DNA of 64,000 bases from Carpediemonas membranifera BICM (taxonomy: Eukaryota; Protista; Fornicata), in the NCBI GenBank assembly GCA_019828565.1, contig JAHDYR010000031.1:102046-166045 (forward strand). The letters are read 5' to 3'. The notes below the pieces were generated by a model that did no database searches, had not been told where the DNA came from, and worked only from the letters and a program-made list of their open reading frames with translations. This document shows positions 29,263 to 38,965 of the stretch, piece after piece. The translations under genes were made by a program, and so were the position numbers. The first letter of the stretch is position 1; the number at the start of each line of letters is the position of its first letter.

Positions 29263-29716
29263 GGTCGTCCACAAAGTGTGGCTCTATAACAGAGAGCCCT
29301 CCTCTTAAATCCAACCAAAATGGGGGGGGCGAGTATTTACTTCGGGTGGCTTCCCCGAGCTCTTATGACAGACCCGGGTAAATCCTCGTCTCGCGGTCCG
29401 GTCAGGTCCTAACGGCTCCGACACCTGCCGATGCGTTTCGAAGTGTGACCTAAAGTGCACATTGATCGGCGCGCGCAGGTGCCAGTGATGGTCCTGTGAC
29501 AGGATCCACAAAGTGTGGCTCTATAACAGAGAGCCCTCCTCTTAAATCCAACCAAAATGGGACACTCCCGCAAGACGTCCCTGTGGGACTAAAGCTTTGG
29601 GCCGGCGAGTCTATCTCGCCTCGACCAGAGTTAAGAATTAATGATGAATCCAGGCCGGCGAGTCCGTCTCGCCTCGGCCGTTCCCCTCGAACGCGGATGT
29701 TTAATGGAGGGGGTGG

Positions 29717-32380
29717 TTAAAAGTGGGGCCCGAGAAGGCTGAGGTTCATCCTCCTGGTGAGGTCCTCGTTTGTTCTGATGGCGTCAGCGACATAGCTGCG
29801 GAGGGAGGTGACGTCCTTCCATGTGCCCATTGAGAGGATCACCTCCAGCGGGACTCCTGATAGAGCCATCTCCGACGCTGCCCCCTTACGGAAGCTGTGG
29901 AGACCCGTCCGTGGACCGAACAACGCCTTCACGACTCGTCGGAGGTGTGCGGCTGTGAGCGGTTTGTCTCTGCTCAGGCGCCCGTTGACTATGACTCGCC
30001 AGATGGGGGTGTCATCAGCCAGGTAGTGTGTGCCCTCGACCCAGCGTCTAAGTGCCAAGGCCGGGTTGAAGGCGGCTGATAGCCATACGTATGGTACGCG
30101 CTTCTTAACTCCCGTTAGGATGGTCTTGGTCCGCTGAATGTGTAGGAGAATGTCGCCGTTCTTGAGTAGCTCCAGGTCGGCCGGGCATAGGGAGAGTATC
30201 TCGATGCCTCTGGACACCGTCAGATAGGCGACTGCCCCAAAGAGACATGCCTGATATGACTCAAAGTCGTCACTCCGGCGCCCCAGTGCCTCGATCATCT
30301 CAGCCTTGGTGATGGCGCGCGAGCCGCCGGTAGTTCCCGCCGTGCTGGCGCCCTTAGCCGCCTGCTTAACGATGTACTTGGAGTTGGCGGGCGGATGCCA
30401 GTCTTTGAGGAACTCCTGTAGCTGAACAATCCAGTAGCCCTTCCTCGCCACGTTCGATGGCCCGCAGAAGGAGCCTTCGTCCTTGAGGAAGGCTACAAGC
30501 TGGTCTCGATCCGACAGGCTGCGATCGCGAGAGCCTTCGAACCTGGCCACCCAGCCGGCCACCGTCCGAGCAGACGCGTGATTAAGGTGAATCACTCTGT
30601 CCGACCTGAGGACTCTGTGGAAAACGTCCTGAACGCCATCACATTGAACCGTAGGCGTCCTCTGTCCTGTAGGTGAAGTAGGTGGGCCAGATCTGAGCTC
30701 GAAGCCGGGACGGAGTTTCCAGGACGTCCAACTCTTGAGGAGTCTCATCTCCGGCGCTTGAACCTCTGGGTAGAGGAGAAAGACTGCTGAGGTCCAAGAC
30801 CTCGGGTGTCCAGTCTGAGTCTGAACTCTCGCTGTCGCTATCTTCTGGACTATGGCTGCCATAGACGAATTGGGGGCCCAGAGGACGCGACATCCAAGCC
30901 TTACGTCTACGTCCGCTGAGACTGTCTGGACTGGACCCCACTCCGCGAGGACAGATTCCATGCTGGACTCCAGAGAGGAAGGGAGTCGTGAGAAGCCTCT
31001 GGACAGCCGATCTGCTGCCAGGTTGATGATGCCCGGAGTGTGTAGTCCACGGAGTGTCAGGTTCCGGTCCTCCGCCTCCTTCTGGATCTGGGCTAGAATG
31101 TGCAGGGCCTGAGGTGGAGCCTTCGTAGACCCCGCCTTGTTGAGCCAGGCCAGAGCTGATGTGTTGTCTGAGAAGATCGATAGCTCGCGTTGGGAACTCT
31201 GTCTGCCGATCAGACGGATGCCCTGTAGGATTCCCGCGAGCTCCTTCACGTTGATAGATTCTGCTCTTAGTTCTGGAGTGAACGTGCCCGAGGCTGAGGT
31301 CCCATACTCGCCGTGCACGGCTGCTCCCCACTTGACTCCAGATGCGTCTGTCGATACGACGAGGTCTAAGGAGGGGTGAGCGCCCCAAAGCGACTGAAGT
31401 TCTCTGATGTCTCGGACTGGGCGCTCTCTTAGCAGTAGCAGCCACTCTTGCAGTAGCTCCTTGGAGAGTGGGTCCTGTTGAAGGTGTCTCAGCCGGAGGA
31501 AAGCCCCGTGGGCGGTTGTAGCGAAGTAAGTCAGTCTCCCGAGGATCTTGGCCCAAGTCTCCTGATCGATGGTCTTGCCTGCCAGAGCCTGATGAATGTG
31601 AGAGGAGTAACGTTTGGCCTTGTCCGCCGGGAGGCGTATTGTAAAACTCGCGGAGTCTATCACGAGCCCCAGATAGACCAATGACTGAGTCGGTGCCCAT
31701 TCTGACTTCTCCTCTGAGGTGAGGACACAGAGGTCGGCTAGAGTCCGCCTGATGCGCGGCACCGCCCTCCTCAGGATTTCTCGGTCGCGGTGAAATAAGA
31801 GGAAGTCGTCGAGGTAGACAACGATGGTAAGACCCGTCCGAAGGGCTAGTATCTTGGCGAGTTGGTTGGTGATCGTCTGAAACACGAACGGCGATGCGCG
31901 CCAGCCGAAGCCTAGCACTCTGTACTGAAACGCTCGTCCGTCTGGAAGATAGACTCCTAGCAGCTTGCGGTCCTCCTTCCGTACTGGTACTTGATGGTAC
32001 CCGGACTTGAGGTCGAACTTGACCATCCAGTCGCCCCTCTGGAGAAGGGAGAGAGCTCTGCGCAGACCGTAGAGCCGGAAGGATGAGCGCTCTGCCGAGC
32101 AGTCGTTCAGTATCGTGAGGTTGTGAATGATCCTCTTCGACTCGCCCTTCGGCACAGTAAACAGCGAGGCGGTGTGTCGCAGGGAAGAGGGATTCACTTG
32201 CTCTATGACGCCTGTCTCTATCAAGGAAGGAATCTGCTGGACAATGAATGGGTCGACTGTCGGCTGTTGCCTTGGTGCTGGTGGTTGACTTCTCAGACGG
32301 ATCTCGACCCCGTATCGTAACCAGTTGATCACCCGTTGTGATGCTCCCAACCTCTGCCACTCCCTCCACGCCGCGTTCAT
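29717..32380 (-). CDS. RT-RNase H-(reduced MT)-tyrosine recombinase in one ORF (element 2)
   Basis: FDLKSGY, YLDD, TDAS, SDNT, then SRGIE, TKT, HSFRKG, GTW, RSY. Confidence 0.9.
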   Translation of the reverse strand: MNAAWREWQRLGASQRVINWLRYGVEIRLRSQPPAPRQQPTVDPFIVQQIPSLIETGVIEQVNPSSLRHTASLFTVPKGESKRIIHNLTILNDCSAERSSFRLYGLRRALSLLQRGDWMVKFDLKSGYHQVPVRKEDRKLLGVYLPDGRAFQYRVLGFGWRASPFVFQTITNQLAKILALRTGLTIVVYLDDFLLFHRDREILRRAVPRIRRTLADLCVLTSEEKSEWAPTQSLVYLGLVIDSASFTIRLPADKAKRYSSHIHQALAGKTIDQETWAKILGRLTYFATTAHGAFLRLRHLQQDPLSKELLQEWLLLLRERPVRDIRELQSLWGAHPSLDLVVSTDASGVKWGAAVHGEYGTSASGTFTPELRAESINVKELAGILQGIRLIGRQSSQRELSIFSDNTSALAWLNKAGSTKAPPQALHILAQIQKEAEDRNLTLRGLHTPGIINLAADRLSRGFSRLPSSLESSMESVLAEWGPVQTVSADVDVRLGCRVLWAPNSSMAAIVQKIATARVQTQTGHPRSWTSAVFLLYPEVQAPEMRLLKSWTSWKLRPGFELRSGPPTSPTGQRTPTVQCDGVQDVFHRVLRSDRVIHLNHASARTVAGWVARFEGSRDRSLSDRDQLVAFLKDEGSFCGPSNVARKGYWIVQLQEFLKDWHPPANSKYIVKQAAKGASTAGTTGGSRAITKAEMIEALGRRSDDFESYQACLFGAVAYLTVSRGIEILSLCPADLELLKNGDILLHIQRTKTILTGVKKRVPYVWLSAAFNPALALRRWVEGTHYLADDTPIWRVIVNGRLSRDKPLTAAHLRRVVKALFGPRTGLHSFRKGAASEMALSGVPLEVILSMGTWKDVTSLRSYVADAIRTNEDLTRRMNLSLLGPHF

Positions 32381-32394
32381 GCATGGAAAGAGGG

Positions 32395-32877
32395 TTAGGT
32401 GTGGGCTCTCTTGCCGGAGGATCCTGTCTGAGTGCGACCTCGGTCCTGAGCGCGGCCACCGCGGCGAAAATTAGCGTCGCGCTTATCGCCCTTAGACTTG
32501 GCGCGGGCCGCCAGTTCCAGGACCTCGTCGCGATCAGGCACGCCCTTCGCCTTGCAATAGTTCTCGAACCGCTCTGCAGTAGCGTCAGTGTACACGTCCT
32601 TGATTAGAAGGTACTGGATTCTTGCAAAGAGAATGTTCCCGATCTCCTTCATCTTTGCGCCGTTCTCGATCCTATTCATGGTCTTGTATACGAATCTGGC
32701 CTCATCTTCGAGGCCGAACCTCTTTGGCATCTCCAGGAACAGTGGACGGCGAGCTGCTTCTGCTTGCTGCTCCAAAATTGCTTCCGATTGTATCTTAACC
32801 AAGCGCTCCAGCTTCTCGATACGCTTGTTAAGCTCATCGGGACTGTCTTGCGGCGGCAGGTCTTCGTTATCAGACAT
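32395..32877 (-). CDS. gag-like ORF1 (element 2)
   Basis: Starts MSDNED at the edge of repeat A1; MPKRFGLEDEARF and RIQYLLIKD. Confidence 0.7.
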   Translation of the reverse strand: MSDNEDLPPQDSPDELNKRIEKLERLVKIQSEAILEQQAEAARRPLFLEMPKRFGLEDEARFVYKTMNRIENGAKMKEIGNILFARIQYLLIKDVYTDATAERFENYCKAKGVPDRDEVLELAARAKSKGDKRDANFRRGGRAQDRGRTQTGSSGKRAHT

Positions 32878-33408
32878 CCTGCCGATGCGTTTCGAAGTGT
32901 GACCTAAAGTGCACATTGATCGGCGCGCGCAGGTGCCAGTGATGGTCCTGTGACAGGAGCCACCTGACCCTCTACACTCTGTAGATCCAACGGGGGAAAG
33001 AATATTTACGCAAGAAACCCCTGTTTCGCCGCGTCAATATTCGAAGACTTACGCGCCTTCGGCTCCTAAGTAAGTCTTGGGTTTCCCTCGCGTACCGACG
33101 AGGGACGCTCTCCCGAGCGCGTTCTTACAGCCACCGGCTGCGAATCGTTCGTCATCTGGCCGCATAAACTGCGCCGACCAATCTTGACCAATGACGCGGG
33201 CATCCGGCGATTGCCGGCCTCGCCCACGTCCCGTCGCCCTTGCGACAATGAGCTGGGGTACTACCCGCCCGACTCGCGGGCCACCTGACCCTCTACACTC
33301 TGTAGATCCAACGGGGTTGTCCCGCCGGCCGAGGAGATATCATTAACTCCTAGCTGTCACCTCCCGTGAGGTCGCAACAGCCTGCACCATAAACATCCCA
33401 TCGAATGT

Positions 33409-36400
33409 TTACAGTGGCTTGCCCAAAAGAGACCTGGCGATGTCTCTCTGGACCGCGGGGTGCTGGCGGATGCCATTGCCGGTGTACGCCAGCAGGCTCT
33501 TCGCGGAGCGCCAGTTCCCCAGTGCCATCAGCACGTGCTCAGGAGTGCCGGCGACGGCGAGCTCGGTCGCCGCGCCCTTTCTGAAGCTGTGCCAAGTGAC
33601 GGAGTCGCCAAACACTGCTGCGATCCAGCGCCTCATTGCGCCTTCTGACAGCCCCTCTGTCTTGCTGATCGTGTCTCCGTTGACCTTCCTCCATAGTGAA
33701 TCCGTGTCGCGCTTCGTGGCCAAGTTGACCCAAAGCTGGAGCGCCTTCGCGATGTTGAATGAGTCAAAGGTGGCGTTGACCACGAGCTTCTTCACCGCTG
33801 TGGTAGTCTTGGTGCGTGCCATGAACAGCGTCGCGTCGCCCTCTGGGCTGAACGTCACGTCTCCCCTCGTCAGAGTGAAGATTTCCTTGCCGCGGCTGAC
33901 AGTTTGGAAGCAGAGTGCGGCGAACAAGACCGCCTGGAACGTCTTCGGATCTTGTTTCCAACGTCGGAAACCCGACCGGATTATGTCGCTCGTCACCGGT
34001 CGAGCCCCGCCAGTCAGTCTGGTGGTGGATGCTACGTTGCGGACTGATCGAATGATCTCGCTGCTGTCCTGCGGGGGGTCCAGTCGCAGATCAGTGGGGC
34101 CGCTTTGCAAATCCAGTGTCCCTTCTTGCCGATCGTGTCGGGCCCCGAGGTCTTGGCTTCGCTCATGAGGTGCTGCCTGAGCTGCGCCGCGTGTGATAGC
34201 GTGGTGTCTCTCGACGCGTTGAACTTGACGAGGTAGCCCGCGACTGCCCTGCGTGACGCCTCTAGGCTCAGATGTGAGAGCCTGTCGTGGTGGAGGAGGA
34301 ACTCGAAGTCCTGATGATCATCGCGATGAGCCTTATCCTGCCCCTCTCGGCCAGCCGCGACAGCTCGGAGTCCGACAGAAGATCTTGGTTCACTCTGAAG
34401 TACATCTTGGGAACTGATGAGAGGGCTAGCAAGCGGCGGAGTTCTGGTGACGGGATGTCCGGAGTCACTATTATCGCAGCTGACCTCCACGTCTGAGGGG
34501 ATCCAGTCTGGGTCGGCGACCGAATCGTCCGAATATGCAGATATGTCGCTGGAATCATCGCTACTGGAGGAGCTGCGAAGACTCTCATCCCCGTCCAGTC
34601 CCGAGACAGGCCGTGTTCTGCGAGAGTCCATCCGTGCTGAGCGAATCCTGGGAGGGCCAGGCGGCGAGTGGGAGCGGCGGTCGCGTCGACCTGCACTGGT
34701 CCCCAGTTGCGCTGGATTCGCTCGAGGACTGAACGCGGGGTCGACCACTCGAGCTTCATGAACCGGCTCAGCCTGTCCGGCTCCACGTTGAGGTGTCCTG
34801 CGATGTGAAGACATCGAGCCACGAGGTTTCTGCTGTCGAGGTGTTGTTGCAGCTCGTGGAGTAGGCTCATGACTGTCTGGTCTGCTCTTGTCGATCCGCC
34901 CTTGTTGACCCACGAGACTACGGCCGAGTTGTCGCAGAAAACTGTCAGGGTGCGCACCTGCGGCTGTGGAGAGATGAGTTCGATGCCCCGAACGACTGCG
35001 AAAAGCTCCTTTGTGCAGATGTGGGCGTTCACTATGTGCGGGGGGAAGTGCCCATGCGCCGATCTGTTGTTCTCTCCGAGGTATACTCTGGCCCCCCAGC
35101 CGAAGCTGGATGCGTCGGACGCCACTGTCATCTCCAGGGAGCCTGTCATGTCCCAGAGGGCCCTGAGCTCGATAAATGACTTGGCTGGGCGCTGCTGCAG
35201 CAGTGAGACCCACTGGGCGAGCTCTTGCTTGAGGGCTGCATCCAAAGGTACTCTGCCTCTCGGCTGTCTTGCTTGCAACGGCCGCAGCTTGAGCTGTGCT
35301 GCATGCGCTGCGGAAGCGAAGAAGGAGAGACGCCCTAGGATCTTGGAGTAGTCGACGGCGCTGATGGAGTCGCTCTCCAACGCGGATATCAACGTCTGCT
35401 GATACTTGCGCGCCTTGTCGCTGGAAAGGCGCACTGAAGTGTTCTCCGTATTGATGAGGAGGCCGAGGTACTCCAAGCAGCGTGTAGGCTGAAGAATACA
35501 CTTGTCCAGCCCCGGAATGAGGCCGAGGGAGCGCATGAGCTCGAGGGCCTCGTGTGTTGCCCATGCCAGGTGCTCCTTGCGCGCAGACGATAGGAGGAAG
35601 TCGTCTAGATACACGCAAACGTGGATCTGGAGGCGCCTGGCGATGATCTTTGCGGCCTGGATGGTTATTGTCTGAAAGTAGAACGGAGCCGCGGTCCAAC
35701 CGAAGGGGAGTCCAGTGTAGCAGAATGCCTCGCCCTCCGGAGTGACCACGCCCAGAAGTGTCCTGTCCTGCTCCCTGACTGGGACTTGAGAGTACCCCGA
35801 GCGGAGGTCGATCTTCGTCATCCAGTCCCCGGCCGTGAGCGTCGCCAAAGCACGTTTGATGCCGAAGAGGCGGAAGACTCGGGTCTCCTCCGTCACGGTG
35901 TTGAGTTCTCGGAGGTCGTGTATTACTCGGATGTCGTCCGAGCCTTTCGAAACAGGGAAGATCGGGGCCGAATGGCGGAGGGACTGCAGGGTCGTTCTGC
36001 GGAGAATGCCCTCGTTCAACAGCTGTTGGAGCTTGGCCCGAACACGTGGGTCCAGTCGCGTCTGTGGTGCGGCCGCCGACGGAGGCGCGGTCAGTGATAT
36101 TGGAACGCCGTCTCTGAGTAGGCTGACGACGTGCTCTGAGGCGCCGAAGCGCTCCCAGAGTCGCCACACGTCGCCAGTTATCGATGGGAAGAGGTGGTTC
36201 TCGGTTAGTTTGACTGCCGGTTGCGACCGCGAGAGCTGCCGCCTCGGCCCCCGCCTCCCGGAGGCTGAAACTTGTCGCCCTTTCGCTTGGCTCCGTGAAT
36301 CTTAGACTTGAGCTCGAAGGACTCGATCTGGGACTCGTCGAGGGTTCCTTTGTCCGCGATGGCCTTCCATACCTGGTTCTGAAAGTAGGTGACTGTGACG

Positions 36401-36416
36401 TCGTTGTAATCTTCAT
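33409..36416 (-). CDS. Tyrosine recombinase ORF (element 3), frameshifted near 34075
   Basis: ORFs 34032-36416 and 33409-34110 join if one C is added to a C6 run; SRGKE, HSFRKG, GNW, LAY. Confidence 0.8.
34268..36169 (-). CDS. RT-RNase H-MT (element 3)
   Basis: IDLRSGY, LPFG, YLDD, SDAS, CDNS, FAAPP. Confidence 0.92.
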   Translation of the reverse strand: MWRLWERFGASEHVVSLLRDGVPISLTAPPSAAAPQTRLDPRVRAKLQQLLNEGILRRTTLQSLRHSAPIFPVSKGSDDIRVIHDLRELNTVTEETRVFRLFGIKRALATLTAGDWMTKIDLRSGYSQVPVREQDRTLLGVVTPEGEAFCYTGLPFGWTAAPFYFQTITIQAAKIIARRLQIHVCVYLDDFLLSSARKEHLAWATHEALELMRSLGLIPGLDKCILQPTRCLEYLGLLINTENTSVRLSSDKARKYQQTLISALESDSISAVDYSKILGRLSFFASAAHAAQLKLRPLQARQPRGRVPLDAALKQELAQWVSLLQQRPAKSFIELRALWDMTGSLEMTVASDASSFGWGARVYLGENNRSAHGHFPPHIVNAHICTKELFAVVRGIELISPQPQVRTLTVFCDNSAVVSWVNKGGSTRADQTVMSLLHELQQHLDSRNLVARCLHIAGHLNVEPDRLSRFMKLEWSTPRSVLERIQRNWGPVQVDATAAPTRRLALPGFAQHGWTLAEHGLSRDWTGMRVFAAPPVAMIPATYLHIRTIRSPTQTGSPQTWRSAAIIVTPDIPSPELRRLLALSSVPKMYFRVNQDLLSDSELSRLAERGRIRLIAMIIRTSSSSSTTTGSHI

Positions 36417-36785
36417 CCTTCATCATCAGAGCTCTACGCCGGGCGGAGAGGAGGGGGAAAGACGCTTGAGGAGTTTCGTGTCTGTAGAAGAGGTGAGGAT
36501 CGTTTGAACCTTCCGAAGGAACTTCGCCTCCTCCAGAAGAGGGCGCTTCTTCGGCAGCTCGGTCATGGCCTCAATGTATGAAAGGGAAGCCATGATGGGG
36601 TCTTGTTCATCTTCTTCAAACGCCAGTTCCTCGTGGAAATCCGCTTCAGATTCGGCGCTTGCGGCGGCCATCCTCTCGAGGATCTTGGTGGATCTCTCCT
36701 GAGCTTTCTGCATCTCCTGCACCGTGGTACGCAGTTCTGCCACTTCCTCGGCCGTCGCAGCCACCGGCTGCGAATCGTTCGTCAT
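36205..36785 (-). CDS. gag-like ORF1 (element 3), frameshifted near 36455
   Basis: ELPKKRPLLEEAKFL then RRRALMMKD in another frame across a homopolymer. Confidence 0.65.
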
Positions 36786-37034
36786 CTGGCCGCATAAACT
36801 GCGCCGACCAATCTTGACCAATGACGCGGGCATCCGGCGATTGCCGGCCTCGCCCACGTCCCGTCGCCCTTGCGACAATGAGCTGGGGTACTACCCACTC
36901 AGCTAGCTATCCTAGCCTCATGACATTCTTTTCATTAACCAACGGGGGGGCGCTTAATTTACACAATGTTAACGAGGAAGCTAGTGTAAGGTAAACGTGA
37001 AGTCCTCTCCGCTTACCGAGGTAAGGTAAGGTAA

Positions 37035-37310
37035 TTACCTTACCTTGAGAGGTCTCTTGCTTGGTAACTCCGAGAAGGTGTCCATCTCTGCCAGAGTTGC
37101 ATCTATGTCCTCCATCGTGTCCTCCTCCAACGATTCGGAGGTATTGAACCTAGCAACGGTTGAACTTTCGAGCATTTCGTCGTCAGGTTCTTTCTCTGGC
37201 GGAGGCGGAGGAGCAAGCCTGTTCAGGGCTTCGGACATGGAATTGATTGAAGCTTCTAGCTTATCTAAGCGTGTTGCCGTCGGATCCGGCGGATCCGAAC
37301 CTTGCGCCAT
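37035..37310 (-). pseudogene. gag N-terminal fragment within an A2-like segment
   Basis: EMDTFSELPSKRPLK versus EMDAYGELPTKRPLK in the gag at 40465-40800. Confidence 0.65.
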
Positions 37311-37661
37311 TCTGTCCGCATAAACTGCGTGACTCGCCTGACCAGCGAAACACCTTTTGCCCGGAGTGAGGCTATCACATCGCCCTCCGCTCCGGGCCCG
37401 TTACCCGAGGTAACCTTACTGACGATGTAGCGCCATACGCTAGCTGTCCTAGCCTCTAGACATACTTGCTCTACCCAACGGGGATATCCCACCGGCAACG
37501 AGCATAGTGGAATGGCTTGCAGGCACGCTTGCGAGCCCAAACCGACCGTCTCCTCGAGAGACCGCGTCAAAGAATGTCTGTTGTGGCTTTACATCTGCCG
37601 TTGTAACGCGTGTCAGCCCCACCCTACCTAGCTCTCCCAGCCACTAGCTCCCGTCAGAGAT

Positions 37662-38965
37662 TTAAAGTGGTGGTTGGAGAAGGATGGAGGCCAGGTGTCC
37701 CTGGACCCCCGGGTGTGTGCGGACCCCGTTGCCCATATATCTCAGCATGCTTTTCGTGGAGGCCCACGTCCCCATGGACAGGAGGACTTCGGTACTCGTG
37801 TGGGCTACCGCCAACTCCGTGGTGGCGCCCTTGCGGAATGAGTGCCACGAAATGTCGGTGCCGTACGCCTGGTGGATCCAGTGGCGGAGGGTTGACGCCG
37901 GTAGCGGCTTCGATAGTGAAATACCACCGGTTGAGGTGATCGCCCGCCAGATGAGGTCGTCGTCGCGGCGCGTTGCCGTGGGGACCCATGCCTTCAGGGC
38001 CCTTGCTGGGTTAAAGCGGGCCCACGATTGGTTTGGTACCAGCTTGCGGACGCCTGTGGCAGTCTTAGTTCTCGCGAACAGAAGGAGGGCATTGCCATCA
38101 GCGTCGAACTCGACGTCTCTTCGTCTGAGCCCAAAGATCTCTGCGCCTCTACTCACGGTGATAAAGCAGAGAGCAGAAAAGAGGGCGGCCTGGAAGGCTT
38201 GGGGTGACTTCCGACGTCTGTCTATGACCCTGCGGACTCTCGCGGACGTGACAGGCTTCGCACCCCCGGTCAGGCCTTCTACAGAGGCGACGTTCCGGGC
38301 GGCGGCGATTATCTGCTTGGCAGCGGTCGGGGGCGCCAGTCAGACACGAGTGGGGCGGCCTCGCAAATCCAGTAGCCTTTCCTGTGTATCGACTGTGGGC
38401 CCGACGTGGTACCCTCGGTCAGAAGGAACTCTTTGAGCTGTTGCGCGTGTGAGTGGCTCGCGTTGCGGGATTGGAGGAATTTGGCGACCCAGCCCGCTGC
38501 TGTGCGGCGCGACGATTCGTTTCTGAAATGTGATAGTCGGTCGTCAGCGAGGAGGGCTTGGAACGGGTCCTCAGGATAAGCGCCACGAAGCGGATCTTGC
38601 CCTTGTCTGTCGCTGTCCAGGCTAGCTCGGACTGCAGGAGGTGTTTCGCCTGGACTCTGAGGTACAACTTGAGGGGTGTCAAACGTTTGATGGCTCGGAC
38701 CTCGGGCGAGTTGAGGTCCGGGCACAGGACTATCGCCGCTGATCTCCAGTGTCGAGGGTTCCCAGTCTGGGTCGAGGCGCGTATTGTCTGGAGGCGACGA
38801 CACGTCACTCCAAGAAGGGCTATAGGAGGAGCTATATAAATCCTGACTCCCCTCCAGTCCATCTGGAAGCCGTTGTCGTGGATTGACCAGGCTATTTCTG
38901 CAAAGCCTGGTAAGGCCAGAACCTTGTCGGGGCGTGCTGTGACGTCGATCTCGACCGGCCCCCAC
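37662..38965 (-). pseudogene. Tyrosine recombinase (element 4), frameshifted near 38332
   Basis: SRGAE, TKT, HSFRKG, GTW, LRY. Confidence 0.8.

Larger units (their letters stand above)
29268..32958 (-). mobile_element. YR retrotransposon 2, complete, with split direct repeats A1-ORFs-B1-A2-B2
   Basis: A: 32878-32958 = 29424-29504 (81 bp). B: 29505-29561 = 29268-29324 (57 bp). Confidence 0.93.
32959..36896 (-). mobile_element. YR retrotransposon 3 with split direct repeats
   Basis: A: 36758-36896 = 33128-33266 (139 bp). B: 33280-33316 = 32959-32995 (37 bp). Confidence 0.92.

Noticed and set aside
29598-29678. Duplicated ggccggcgagtc..tctcgcctcg resembling an HDV ribozyme start
   Set aside because: Only simple hairpins; no nested pseudoknot or catalytic core could be built.
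33075-33130. Hammerhead-like CTGTAAGA...GAAAC on the minus strand
   Set aside because: Core deviates from CUGANGA and is not shared by the other spacers.
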